From Octopus vulgaris (Eukaryota), in contig OX597825.1 of assembly GCA_951406725.2 (NCBI GenBank), positions 9,982,001 through 10,046,000 on the forward strand: a stretch of 64,000 nt of DNA, given 5' to 3'. Position numbers and translations under genes: made by a program. The notes under the pieces were generated by a model that saw only the letters and a program-made list of their open reading frames with translations, had not been told where the DNA came from and searched no databases. The number at the start of each line of letters is the position of its first letter. Position 1 is the stretch's first letter. This document shows positions 1 through 12,796 of the stretch, one piece after another.

Positions 1-564
1 AAAATAATTGTAGATTTCATCGGTCCAGTTGAAATACTGGAATTATTTAGATATCGTTATCTGTCAAATTAAACAAACACTGAGTTACTATTACTAAACG
101 ACTGAAATTGCTTTTAATGTTATCGATTCTCAAGTGATAAATGAAATTAATCGATAGAACATATATTTGTGAGCGAAATAAAATCGTTTCTATATGTTAA
201 TATGCATCTTATATTCGATGTTCTTGTCACGTTAAATGAAAATGTGTGCAAAATATGTGAAACTGTCTTGCAGATGAAAGTCAGACAACCTTGAATCATG
301 TTGTTACGTGTTCGAAACAATTCGAAATATTCTTTGTTGCGAACCTGCATCTCATAGCTAATGGGTTTCTTTTTGTTTCCTATATAAATATAAGATCGAA
401 TGATTAATTTCTTTTATTGCTAAGGAATTGGTATAACATGATAAAACATGCTACCTTAAGTCACAATTTGTAAAGTTTCAGCAGCAAATTAGCACTAATT
501 AATTACTCTACTTCATTATTTTGAATACTTCTTTTCTGCATAATTTATATGGTTGTGTATTTCC

Positions 565-632
<68 letters not shown>

Positions 633-1071
633 GATAGATAGATAGATATAAATATATAAATATATATTTAAATATGTATATGTATGTATGTATGTAAGCA
701 TGTATGTATATGTATATATTTACAATGTTAGTTGTTACAAGTTGTGTGGTGGGTTATACCATAGAGTATTTCTTTTCTGAGTGATTTATTTTGACGGGGA
801 GAGGTTCACTACGTAGCAGTGCCTCTCTGCAGTAATCTGCAACGCTGATAAAATAGGCTTCACTTTAAAGTAATGCAGATTCATACACACACACACACCA
901 CACATACATATACGCACGCACACGCACACACACACGCGTTCAATGTTGAACTAGTGGAAGAAAGTACACCCGATGTCATATAAGAGATTAATACTATTTA
1001 TACTTTATTCGAGCTAGTCTCTAGTTGCTCTCGCCGATAGGTACACACGGGCTTCAAGCAAGTCACTACCT

Positions 1072-1117
1072 TTGCTTGATGACCCTCTGCGCCTGCAGGC
1101 AAAACTCGGAGTAGCAA
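1072..1117 (+). ncRNA. Degenerate type I hammerhead ribozyme motif
   Basis: TTGC-TTGATGA-CCCTCTGCGCCTGCAGGC-AAAAC-TCGGA-GTA-GCAA: stem I TTGC/GCAA, stem III ACTC/GAGT, core differs from CUGANGA...GAAA by C3U and G12A (the latter compatible with CpG decay). Confidence 0.45.
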
Positions 1118-1469
1118 CAGATTGAATCAACCAATGTATATGTGTATATGTGTGTGTGTATTCATGTACGAATACATACACACACATTTATATATTATAT
1201 ACACACGCACGTATAAGAAAAAAAATCACGTTAAAAAAGGAATTATGAATTTACCAGAATAAAGAAATCTATTTTTCCCAATATTTTCTGAACTAGGTTA
1301 TGGTATAATCAATAAAAAGAAGTCGAAGAAAATCACTGATGCCCAACACCAATCACAGAGTCTGTCAGATCTATAGGCATGGATTTATTCAACATCTAGG
1401 AAGCCACACACACACGCACGCACAAATATGGTAGTGTATAAATAATCAAGTACGTATATACACATGTCT

Positions 1470-1488
1470 TTCATATATATACATATAC

Positions 1489-1551
<63 letters not shown>

Positions 1552-1662
1552 CATACATATATACATACATATATATATACATATATATATATATGTGATC
1601 ATATATACATGTACATATATATATGTATGTATGTATGTATATATTAAATATATATTGATATG

Positions 1663-1696
<34 letters not shown>

Positions 1697-1797
1697 TACA
1701 TAAATATGTGTATATATGAATATATGTACGTATATATGCATATACATCATATGCACACACATACATGTGTATCAATATGTATGTATGTATATATATG

Positions 1798-1828
<31 letters not shown>

Positions 1829-1874
1829 CTATACTTATGCAGATATATGTATTTATGCATTCATGTATGTGTTC

Positions 1875-1939
<65 letters not shown>

Positions 1940-1982
1940 ATTGTGCATAAACGTTTTGGTAAAATAGCAATTTATAAAGATG

Positions 1983-2014
<32 letters not shown>

Positions 2015-2030
2015 CATATATATATATATT
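1470..2030. repeat. Compound (TA)n/(TATG)n/(CA)n microsatellite
   Basis: Direct inspection; explains the Y/I/H/T-rich ORFs here. Confidence 0.95.
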
Positions 2031-2566
2031 ATGTGTATTTAATGTGCACATGTCTGCATTAAACACAGACCTATGCACACGTATATCTACACACGTCAAC
2101 ATGCTGCAGGAATATATGTTCACACTGCTTATTGCTAAAGAGATCTTGAAGCAGTGCTTGTGGTGTTCTGAATCGTTGAGTAGACGAGGGGGTGGTGTGT
2201 GGTAAAGTGAATTATGGCGGATCTTGTGCATATTAGCATGGTAGAGCTTGAGGGGTGGCGTCGGAATTGTATTGTGGCTGGTATTTCATTTGTATTTACG
2301 TGGTCCTTTCTAGTTGACTGATTTTTATCAGAGAATGCACAGGAAAATGACATCGACACAAAGGCAACGCAAAGTACAGGACTGAGAATTTCTTGTGTGT
2401 GTGTGTTTGCTTTTTGTTATTACTATCACCATCATCAACATCATCATCGCCAACACCACCACCACCACCATCATCACCCCCATCATCACTAATTGTATTT
2501 TCATTATCGTATATTTGATATGAATACCGGTATCTTTGCCATCATCATTATTATTATTATTATTAT

Positions 2567-2597
<31 letters not shown>

Positions 2598-2649
2598 GCT
2601 GCTACTACCACTACTACTACTACTACTTCCACCACCACCACCACCACCC

Positions 2650-2753
<104 letters not shown>

Positions 2754-2972
2754 AGGCGGCAAGCTGACAGAATCGTTAGCGCGCCGCACGAAATGCTTAG
2801 CGTGATTTCGTTTGTCTTTATGTTCTGAGTTCAAATTCCGCCGAGGTCGACTTTGCCTTTCATCCTTTCGGGGTCGTCGATAAATTAAGTACCAGTGAAA
2901 CACTGAGGTCGATATAATAGACTAATTCCCTCCCCCAAAATTTCAGGTCTTGTGCATTTAGTAGAAAGGATT
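2754..2972 (+). mobile_element. tRNA-derived SINE family A (Meta-domain-like)
   Basis: Head GGCGG.AGCTG.CAGAATCGTTAG, B-box GAGTTCAAATTCC, central GCCTTTCATCCTTTCGGGGTCGATAAATTAAGTACCAG resembling the MetaSINE domain; about 20 related copies in the window. Confidence 0.85.
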
Positions 2973-2977
2973 ATTGC

Positions 2978-3049
<72 letters not shown>

Positions 3050-3410
3050 TTACTTTTAATCTGCATGTTTGTTACAGTCACTTGCTGAGACACACCCAGC
3101 GTCCTAGGGCGAATGAAGAATAAGAGATGTTACAGTATGACTGAAAGCTTGGAGGGGAAGTAGCGAAATATCTTCGTGTAATACAACACAGATATTTAAA
3201 TGAATGGTATTTTTCTAAGGATGTGGGCAGTACTTGCCAGTACAATCTTTTGGATTTCTCTGAGTCATGGTTCTCCTGAGATCTTATCTAGATATTTCTG
3301 ACCCCCCCCCTTTTTTATCATACCTCGGGAACCTACACTAACAGGAATAGTTCTTGCTTTAAGATGCCTCACCTTTTGTATTTCAATTTCCAGATCCTTA
3401 TATTTACTTA

Positions 3411-4032
3411 TCAGAAATATTAAATTTCTATATGTCTCAAAGAGACATGAGCGGTGGTGGAGCGATAGAGTGGTTGTATACTGTCAACTTAACGTGACAG
3501 TCCCGTATGGGAATTACACCACCGCTTTTTAGCCCTAGGAAGCATCGAACGCTTCCTGTCGACTTTGACACATTTTGTGTCCTTATATTTATGAAGGGGA
3601 GGCAAGCACCCCTACCAGCCAAGATTCACACCTGAGGACATGCATGTTTCTGGGTCTTAACCCGTCATCAGACCAGGATAGTGAGATCTGCTGATTGAGG
3701 TGCCTGTCCAGCCTTCACAAATATATGTATTTACAGTGAAATCTATTCACTGGTTACCGTAATCAGAAATATTAAATTTCTAAATGTCTCAGAGAGACAT
3801 GAGCGGTGGTGGAGCGATAGAGTGGTTGTATACTGTCAACTTAACGTGACAGTCCCATATGGGAATTACACCACCGCTGTTTAGCCCTAGGAAGCATCGA
3901 ACGCTTCCTGTCGGCTTTGACACATTTCTGACAAAGCCGACAGGAAGCGTTCGATGCTTCCTAGGGCTAAACAGCGGTGGTGTAAATCCCATAAGGGACT
4001 GTCACGTTAAGTTGACAGTATACAACCACTCC
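3411..4032 (-). mobile_element. Non-coding HHR-bearing retroelement (PLE pLTR/retrozyme-like): 352-bp unit + partial tandem copy + inverted terminal segment
   Basis: Sequence starting at 3411 recurs at 3763 (period 352); arms 3820-3919/3932-4031 are a ~98% inverted repeat; 11-bp TSD ATATTTACTTA at 3400-3410 and 4033-4043; removing it restores the Dong frame (LSKY|KDLEIEI). Confidence 0.85.
3631..3677 (-). ncRNA. Type I hammerhead ribozyme
   Basis: CCUGG-U-CUGAUGA-C-GGGU-UAAG-ACCC-A-GAAAC-AUGCAU-GUC-C-UCAGG: intact core, palindromic stem III ACAUGCAUGU, GUC cleavage triplet. Confidence 0.8.
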
Positions 4033-4342
4033 ATATTTACTTAGTTCGTCAAATTCCTTTACAGATATATCTTTATCAATGGGAACAATTACATCTGTCT
4101 ACAAGTATTTTCTTCACTGTCTTTAATGATTATGTCTGGTCGATTAGCCTGGATCGTTCTGTCGGTGTTGACTGGAAAATCCCAGAGGATAGTAACATTT
4201 TTACCTTCAACTACTGGCTGAGGATGGTGTTCATACCAGTAAGCAGGAGTGCTGATTTTGTAGTATTTACATTTTTTACCAATGTAAATACTCTCCTACC
4301 CTGTCGTGGCGATTTTTGTATTCGTTTGGTGTCAGCACAGGA

Positions 4343-4405
<63 letters not shown>

Positions 4406-4485
4406 ATTGTTTGTTTTGTCCTGTGCTGTCCATAATATTTTTCTTAATGTAAGCCCTTGTAGCTAATAAAGAAATTATTATTATA

Positions 4486-4547
<62 letters not shown>

Positions 4548-4818
4548 CAGACAATTTTACAGACATAAATAAAGCAGTTTAGTCAATATTGCAAAACAGT
4601 AAGAAATGGAACAAATCAATAAAATATTTCGAACCACTGATCAGTGAGATAAAGGCAATGGAAAACACAAGAATTGTCCACGTGAATACTAGCTGTAGTA
4701 GTAGTAGTAGTAGTAACGATGATGATGATGGTGTATGTGTGCGTATATATATATATTTATATGTAATATATACATACACACACATACCCACATAGATATA
4801 TACATACATATATTTATA

Positions 4819-4877
<59 letters not shown>

Positions 4878-5122
4878 CCATATATATATATATATATATA
4901 TAACATTATATAAAGGGCTTATAAAATAAATTACTTTGCCGCATACTGATAATTAATTAATTTTACCCTCAATTGTTGAAATATATATATATATATATAT
5001 ATATATTCATACATACAAACATATAACGTTTCTGCCTGCTCGCTGCCTTAATAATAATAAGATATATATATGTATAATATCCATTTATACATTTTGTATA
5101 GTATATATATATATATATATAT

Positions 5123-5500
5123 GGTGATTGCTCCATCTTTATAGATGATTGCCATCTCTTTGTGCCTCATCTTTGTCAATGACATTAATGACTTTCCGCC
5201 CATGACCTCTTAGATGACTATTCAGTTCCACTGCAGATCTGCATGGTTTGAAGCATAGGTGAAAGACGGAAGTTTTAATTTGTATTGTGATCGATATGAC
5301 AGGCAATGTTCAATGCAACTTTTCTAATACCTTCCCTTAAAAAGGGCTGCTCTGTCGCAATAATTCCCACCGGTGTTGGTTTCTGTAACAGGAAGGTACA
5401 ACAAAGGTGTGGGGATAAATATCTTGCCGCATATGTGCAAAATTTTGACTGATCGTTTCAAACTAGTTGGGTCTGCACACATGGCTACTTTTCCAAACTT
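5123..5500. repeat. Old dispersed repeat, second copy at ~11948-12150; possibly decayed retroelement coding sequence
   Basis: Shared blocks GTGA.TGCTCCATCTT, TTTCCG.CCATGACCTCT, ATGACTATTCA, CTGCAGATCTGCATGG in both copies. Confidence 0.55.
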
Positions 5501-5908
5501 TGGCATAATGCTAGAATCTTGGAGAAGCGGCACAGTCGATTACATTGACTACACCATTCAACTGGTACTATTTCATCGACCCCGAAAGTATAAAAGGCAA
5601 AGTCGTCCCCTCATCGGAAATAGAACTCAGAACGAGATAGATTCAGATGAATATGGTACTTGAGTTGAGGCAGCAGAATTTAGTACGGTACTATCCATAC
5701 AATTTCAAAATAAGGTGATTAAAATCAAAATAAGCAACAAGGATATCCTTGTTGCTTATTTTGATATATATATATACATACATACATACATACATACATA
5801 CATACATACATACATACATACATACATACATACATGCTTACATACATACATACATACATACATGCATACATATATGCATGCATACATACATACATACATA
5901 TATGCATG

Positions 5909-5939
<31 letters not shown>

Positions 5940-6489
5940 GCATGCATACATATATACATACATACATACATAATGCATGCATATATACATACATACATAC
6001 ATACATACATACATACATACATACATACATAAACATATTTGGTAAAGAAAATCTAATCCTTGATAATCCTTTACAGCTGTCGCAAAAGTTCAGCATCGGA
6101 GTGATGCAATAACATGTAATTCGCAAACAGGTGTATATACTAATGCAACAACACTTATCAAAAGTGTAGAAATTGATATCAACACATAAGCATGATAAGT
6201 CAACATGTTCAAGCTCGTAAGCTTGATACGCCAGCACGTTGAAGCTCGAAGTGTCGGGTTTTTTAGCCAGTAGAATGAGTGATAGAATGCAAACGATGTA
6301 GTGGTAAACCGTGTATATAAGACCATACAAATATCAATAAAAAAAGACGGAAGAAGAGAGGGATTAGTAATGGTGACGTAGACAGAGTTAGAGAAACAAA
6401 GGTTTGAGACCAAGAGCAAAATCATATTAGTAAACTTGAGATATGCTTTTATTATGGCCACACAGGGCTGAACACAGAAAATATACGAC

Positions 6490-6718
<229 letters not shown>

Positions 6719-8008
6719 AGCAAGGAAGATATTCCTCAAGTTTCTCAAACGAAGAAGGTCTGTCCGAAGTGTTTTTAGTGCGGAATTTAAAGATGGATTT
6801 TCAGACGAGACATGCCATTTTAGACGATTTAGAAAGCATTCCTTTTTTTATGTCCCAGAAAAATCAGTTTGTATCATAGAAACAAAATGTCGGGATTTGT
6901 GTTACTAGCGCGTGGCTGATCAAAAAACAGTCAGCCAAAATCAAAATACGACATCCACTGCAGTCGAAAATCAACGAACAGCAACTTCCTGTGCTGTAGG
7001 GCAAAGGCTATAAAAATTGCTTCTCTTTATATTTTACGTGTCTTTTTATATATTGAAAAAAAAATCTTATTTTAATGAATGAAATGCAGAACTGACATGT
7101 CCATTTCATGTACATGTCAGTTTCGCATCGATTTGAACTCGTAACCTTCGAATTAGCAATTAAGCACCAAAGCCATTCACTTCTTGTAACTATAAGTGGA
7201 TATCGATTGGTAAAAGAAAATCAATATGAAGCCATTAAAGTGAAATTAGTTAAGAGGTGGAGATTGTAGAATGACAAAATGGAAACGATTCTTCGTAGAT
7301 GGCATAGGTAATTTGATTGTGAATTTAGATAATGCTTTTACTGACTCTATCTCCACGTTTCCATATTCTAATTTCCTCATCTCCAATATCTGTAGAAACC
7401 ATAATAATAGAATGATGATTTCTTAATATTCACAAACATTCTATGTCTTCTGAAGAACTCAAAGAAACCTCAGAAGTTATCTATTTCGTATCGCTTCCCT
7501 TGTATATCGTAGATGCAATTAATCAAACCCAAAAAGTACGTGGTTTTCGGTCGTATCTGGTGTGTGGAGTCCTATTCATGATAGAGCAGAGGTTATTTTG
7601 GGCATCATTTAGCTGTAAAGATTAATCTCTTTAGTGAAACCTTCCTGATAGATGGGTATGTGTATGTGTATATATGTGTGAGAGAGCGCTTGCGTATATG
7701 ACTGAATGCTGGTTTGTGTGCATGTGTGTACAGGCATATGCATGTGTGTGTATGTGTGTGTGTGCTGGGGGTGCTACTTCCGTTTATATTACTCTGTGTT
7801 CTTATTCTTGTTCTTTAGCCTTAGCTTCCGTACAGCTTCTGTTAAAGTAAACCTTTGATCAAAGATGTTTCAATTGAGACTATTCGTCTCGTACTTTTTC
7901 AGGCATTGAGTATCTAAGACTACACGATGCAATATGTTCTTCCTCCTGTTAAGACTTTAAGTCTGTGATTGTAAAGGAATGCATGTTATTTCTAGCAGAT
8001 TCAGCAAC

Positions 8009-8242
8009 CTATTTCTTTACTACTCACAAGGGGCTAAACACAGAGGGGACAAACAACGACAGACAAACGGATTAAGTCGATTACATCGACCCCAGTGCGT
8101 AACTGGTGCTTAATTTATCTACCCCGAAAGGATGAAAGGCAAAGTTGACCTCGGCGGAATTTGAACTCAGAACGTAACGGCAGACGAAATACTGCAAAGC
8201 ATTTCACCCGGCGTGCTAACGTTTCTGCCAGCCGCCGCCTTT
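8009..8242 (-). mobile_element. Full-length SINE family A with 16-bp TSD
   Basis: TSD TAGCAGATTCAGCAAC at 7993-8008 and 8243-8258; head, Meta-like core and tail (...CCCCTTGTGAGTAGTAAAGAAATAG) present. Confidence 0.9.
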
Positions 8243-8693
8243 TAGCAGATTCAGCAACTATGGAGCTGCCCCAGTGTGGGCTTGCCTAACTATGAAAATA
8301 TCCTACATTGAATAAACGGTTACATATTACGGAGTTTAATAAGTTGCATTATGACACGAAGTTTGGCCGATCATCTATCAACGTTGCCACATTGATTCAT
8401 TCGGTTTTAACTTTTGATAGCTTTGATGTTAATACAATCAATAGACGGAGGCCAACAAGAAATAAATCTACGATACAAATAAGGCGGCGACTGGGCAAAA
8501 TCTTAACCACACCCGACCAAAATAGGTAGCGGAATTTCCTCTGAAGCTTTACGTTCTAAGTTCAAATCACGCCGAGATCATCTTTGCTTTTCATCCCTGT
8601 GAGATCGATAAAATAAAGTATCAGTCAAGTACTTGAGTCGATATAATCAGATTGTACTCTCTCCTCAAAATTGTTGACGTTGAGCCCTGCAAC

Positions 8694-8733
<40 letters not shown>

Positions 8734-8875
8734 ATTTGTTTCAATCATTTTGACTGCGTCCATGCTGAAGCACCATCTTGAAGGGTTTTCATTCGAAGAA
8801 ATTGACCCCAGGACTTGCTGATCCAAAACTACAGAATATAACATTTACCTAAGATGCCACGCAATGGAATTGTTA

Positions 8876-8920
<45 letters not shown>

Positions 8921-9446
8921 TGTATGTATGTATGTATGTATGTATGTATGTATGTATGTATAGACAGAGAGAGAGAGAGACAGAGATTGATAGAAAGGCA
9001 GATAGATTGAGATAATTACAGACTGAGGGAGAGAGAGAAACAGTGAGAGAGAGGGAGAGAGATGATGATGACGATGAGGAGAAGTAGGAGGATGAAGGGA
9101 AAGTAAGAAAGTGAAAAAGGTCAATAATCGAACATCATTCAGATAGTATCTGATCAATACTGCCGAGTAGAGACTTGTATAAAGCTGTCAACATGAAGTC
9201 AAGCGGAAATTTTCCTAAGTGGTCAAAAATCCAGCGCACATTGAAGACTGCTGAAGAAACGTAGAATGTCGCTTTACATATCTAACAAGTCCTGTAAACG
9301 CATCACCAAGAATTATTGGTGGAACAACGTAAAACCAAGTGTCTTGCTCAAGAACACAACGCGTCGCCTAAAGGCGGTGCTCCAGCATGGCCACAGTCAA
9401 ATGATTGAAACAAGTAAAAGAGTAAAGATTATATATATATATATGC

Positions 9447-9659
9447 TTTTCTACTCTAGGCACAAGGCCCTAAGTTTTGGGGGAGGGGGCCAGTTGATTA
9501 GATCGACCCCAGTACGCAACTGGTACTTAATTTATCGATCTCGAAAGGATGAAAGGCAAAGTCGACTTCGGCGGAATTTGAACTCAGAACGTAAAGACAG
9601 ACGAAATACCGCTAAGCATCTCGCCCGGCGTGCTAACGTTTCGGCCAACTCGACGCCTT
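9447..9659 (-). mobile_element. SINE family A (alternative short tail subtype)
   Basis: Same head and core; tail CCCCC..AAAA.TT.GGGCCTTGTGCCTAGAGTAGAAAAG. Confidence 0.85.
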
Positions 9660-9665
9660 ATATCT

Positions 9666-9696
<31 letters not shown>

Positions 9697-9925
9697 CGTA
9701 TGGATATATATGTATAAATATATGTATGTGTGTGTATGTATATATATATATGTGTGTGTATGCCTATATATGTTCATATATGTGTGTGCATGTGAGTGTG
9801 TGCGTGTGCGTATGTAGATATTGGTTTCTTTGTATCTATACAAACACACACACACACACACATATATATATACATACATATATATATATAGTTATAAATA
9901 CATATATATATATCTATATCTATAC

Positions 9926-9975
<50 letters not shown>

Positions 9976-10041
9976 GTACATATATATCTATACATACATA
10001 CATACCTATACATATATATATATATATATATATACATACCT

Positions 10042-10105
<64 letters not shown>

Positions 10106-10489
10106 TGCGGTTGGTGTAACTGCAAGTGTCTGGGCAGTTGTCATGGTGATGGTTGCAGCTGGGCAATCACATGCCAACATGGCAGGGCGGAACATGTATA
10201 TGAATAATAAATGAAAAAGATGAATACATGAATAACATTAATAATCACGAATTAAATTTAAATGCTGGCAATGAAAACACAACAACAACAACAAGAACAA
10301 GAACAGCAAGAACAACAGCAAGAACAAGAACAACGTCAAGATGGTGACCATGACAATGAAACTGCAGCCTGGCTTGGTGGTGATCATGGTGACGACGATA
10401 AGAACGGGGACCGAGATTGTGTGGATAAGGAGGTGGGAGTGGAAGGAAAGTGGGAGAAGGGGAGGAGAAAGAGGGAAGGCAGGTGGTGG

Positions 10490-10930
10490 GGGTGACGATG
10501 GAAGGGGAGGAATTGGTGTGTGCGGAGCTTGTTGGGGAAGAGGTGATGATGGAGGAGGAGGAAGAGGAGGTGTTGGTAGAGGAGGAGGAGGAGGTAGTAG
10601 ATGAAGAGGAGGCAGATGGGAAGGAAGCAGAAGGTGAGGAGGGAGAGGAAGAGGAGGAAAACGAAGAGGAGGCGGAGGAGAAAGAAGCAGAAGGGGAGGT
10701 AGATGAGAAGGAATCACAGAAAGAGGCAGAAGAAGAGAAGGCAGGGTGAGAGGAGGCAGAGGAAGGAGGGGAAGAAGAAAGGGAGGCAGATGAGAAGGAA
10801 GCAGAGAAAGAGGCAGAAGAAGAGAAGGCAGGGGAAGAGGAGGGTGAGGAAGAGGAAGGTGAAGCAGAGCGAGGGGAGGAGGCAAAAGAAGAGGAGGGAG
10901 AGGAGCTGGTGGATGAGGAGGTGAAATCGT
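10490..10930. repeat. Purine-rich (GAG/GAA) low-complexity tract
   Basis: Degenerate GAGGAA/GAGGCAGAAG repeats; poly-E/poly-P ORFs are compositional. Confidence 0.85.
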
Positions 10931-11354
10931 ATTAGATGAAGAATGAGAGGAAACCGAAGGATGTGGAAAAGGATAAAAGAACGAAGAGGATTTAGAGAAT
11001 ACAATCTGAAAATATTGTTTTAAGAATTGGAATTTGTTTAGGTTTTTTCTGTTGTCTCCAGAAGAAATGGAGTCCCAGCTGCGTGTGTGGAAGTGTCACA
11101 TCTTGAGAACTGAATGGGAGTACAATGGGAAATGAATAAAGACGAGAATTTCAAATACGAATTTAGCAGGAAAAACAGACAGATAACAACATGCTTCTTA
11201 AATTAGGAGAATATATTTATGGAAATAATTAGGGGGAATTTAAGGAAGAAGTAGGTTGTATTGAAAAAAAAAAAACCCAGAAAGGAGTTGAAAAAGTAAA
11301 TGTAGAATATTTAGTATTGTAGAGAATAAAACGATGATAAATAAGAAATACATA

Positions 11355-11625
11355 TGAGGCCTGATCAACAAGTATCCGGACTGTTGCCATAGTAACGAAG
11401 TTAAAGCACACAGTGAAGCCGCTTTGTAAAAATTGACCTTGAACGTTGCTGTGCATAGGGACATGGTTTTAACGTTCCAGATCACTTCCGCTGTTTACAG
11501 CAGTGCTTGGAAGGAAGGTGTGTAGTGTGTGATCATCGGATTGACAATGACAGAGATAGCTGAGCAGAGAATCTGTATCAAATTTTGCCAACAGTTTGGT
11601 GATATCTGCTCAGAAGCCTACCTAA
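11355..11625 (+). mobile_element. Mariner left end with start of transposase
   Basis: TA|TGAGGCCTGATCAACAAGTATCCGGAC TIR; ATG at 11547 gives MTEIAEQRICIKFCQQFGDICSEAY (mariner N-terminal EQRxxIKF motif). Confidence 0.85.
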
Positions 11626-11737
11626 CATTTTCAAAAAGTTTTCATCGTTCTCGACACAATCAAGGAGATCTTGTGCAACTGAAACCCGGGTGTCTTTTTG
11701 GTCAGCTGAGAGCAATATATATATATATATATATATA

Positions 11738-11860
11738 TAATAAAAGGGTAAAATTAAGTCTGGGAGATCTTTACGGTAGCAGAAAAGGCATTTTAACTTC
11801 TATTTCTAAGTTCGGTGCGTAGCGAAGCAATTAGCTGACCCCTGATTATCATTATGTTTA
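11738..11860. mobile_element. Truncated relative of the 36838-37563 fold-back element, inside (TA)n
   Basis: AGGGTAAAATTAA matches the terminus at 36843; CTATTTCTAAGTTCGGTGCGTAGCGAAGCAA matches 37503-37534. Confidence 0.55.
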
Positions 11861-11893
11861 TATTTATAGAATATTTGTATATATATATATATA

Positions 11894-11933
<40 letters not shown>

Positions 11934-12240
11934 GAAAATTTTTTACGTGACTGCTCCATCTTCACGGACGATTACAGTCTCTCTGAGGTTCCTCGTTGTC
12001 CATGGTATTTCTAATTTTCCGTCCATGACCTCTAACATGACTATTCAATCCTGCTGCAGATCTGCATGGCATGGAGTAAACGTGATAGACGAAAGTCGTA
12101 ACTTAGCGCGTGCTTCCAATTGGTTAGGTCTGCGACACGTCATCACTTTTCCATAGGCCTAGACCTTTCAGAAAATGGGATGACAAATGAGGGCATCCGA
12201 AAGAGACAGCTGCACGTCATTGGATTATAGTGATAGATAG

Positions 12241-12289
<49 letters not shown>

Positions 12290-12375
12290 AACATACATAT
12301 ACGTACAGACAGTATACATATATATATATATACATATATGTAGGTATGTATATATATATATATATAGTATGTATG

Positions 12376-12414
<39 letters not shown>

Positions 12415-12489
12415 ATGTGTATAGGAAAGGTTCCTATCATTTCTCCACGTGCGGGGTTAACACAACCCCACCATTTACTGACTTATATG

Positions 12490-12585
<96 letters not shown>

Positions 12586-12757
12586 AAGAAATAGAATGTC
12601 ATTGATACAATATTATATATTTGAACAAATGAATAAAAATGGCTTTTCTCATAATTTTTCCACGTCGAAAAATTATCTGAAAAGCCATTTCTATTCATTT
12701 TTTCAAATATGTGTGTGTATATAAATACATACATACATACATACATACATACATGCA

Positions 12758-12796
<39 letters not shown>

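Larger units (their letters stand above)
3048..4342 (-). mobile_element. 5'-truncated Dong/R4-clade non-LTR retrotransposon (Zn-knuckle end + restriction-like endonuclease + 3' UTR), interrupted by an insertion at 3411-4032
   Basis: Minus-strand translation with frameshifts/stops: PVLTPNEYKNRHDRVGEYLHW..KYYKISTPAYWYEHHPQPVVEGKNVTILWDFPVNTDRTIQANRPDIIIKD..KEFDELSKY|KDLEIEIQKVRHLKARTIPVSVGSRGMIKKG..LREIQKIVLASTAHILRK; flanked on both sides by (TAA)n, the known Dong target. Confidence 0.88.

Noticed and set aside
4218-4245. CTGAGGA followed by a small hairpin
   Set aside because: No GAAA half-core; lies within Dong coding sequence
7446-7478. CTGAAGA...GAAAC hammerhead-like spacing
   Set aside because: No stem II and no consistent stem I
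10238-11004. Proline-rich and glutamate-rich ORFs
   Set aside because: Low-complexity GA tract; no domain or splice support
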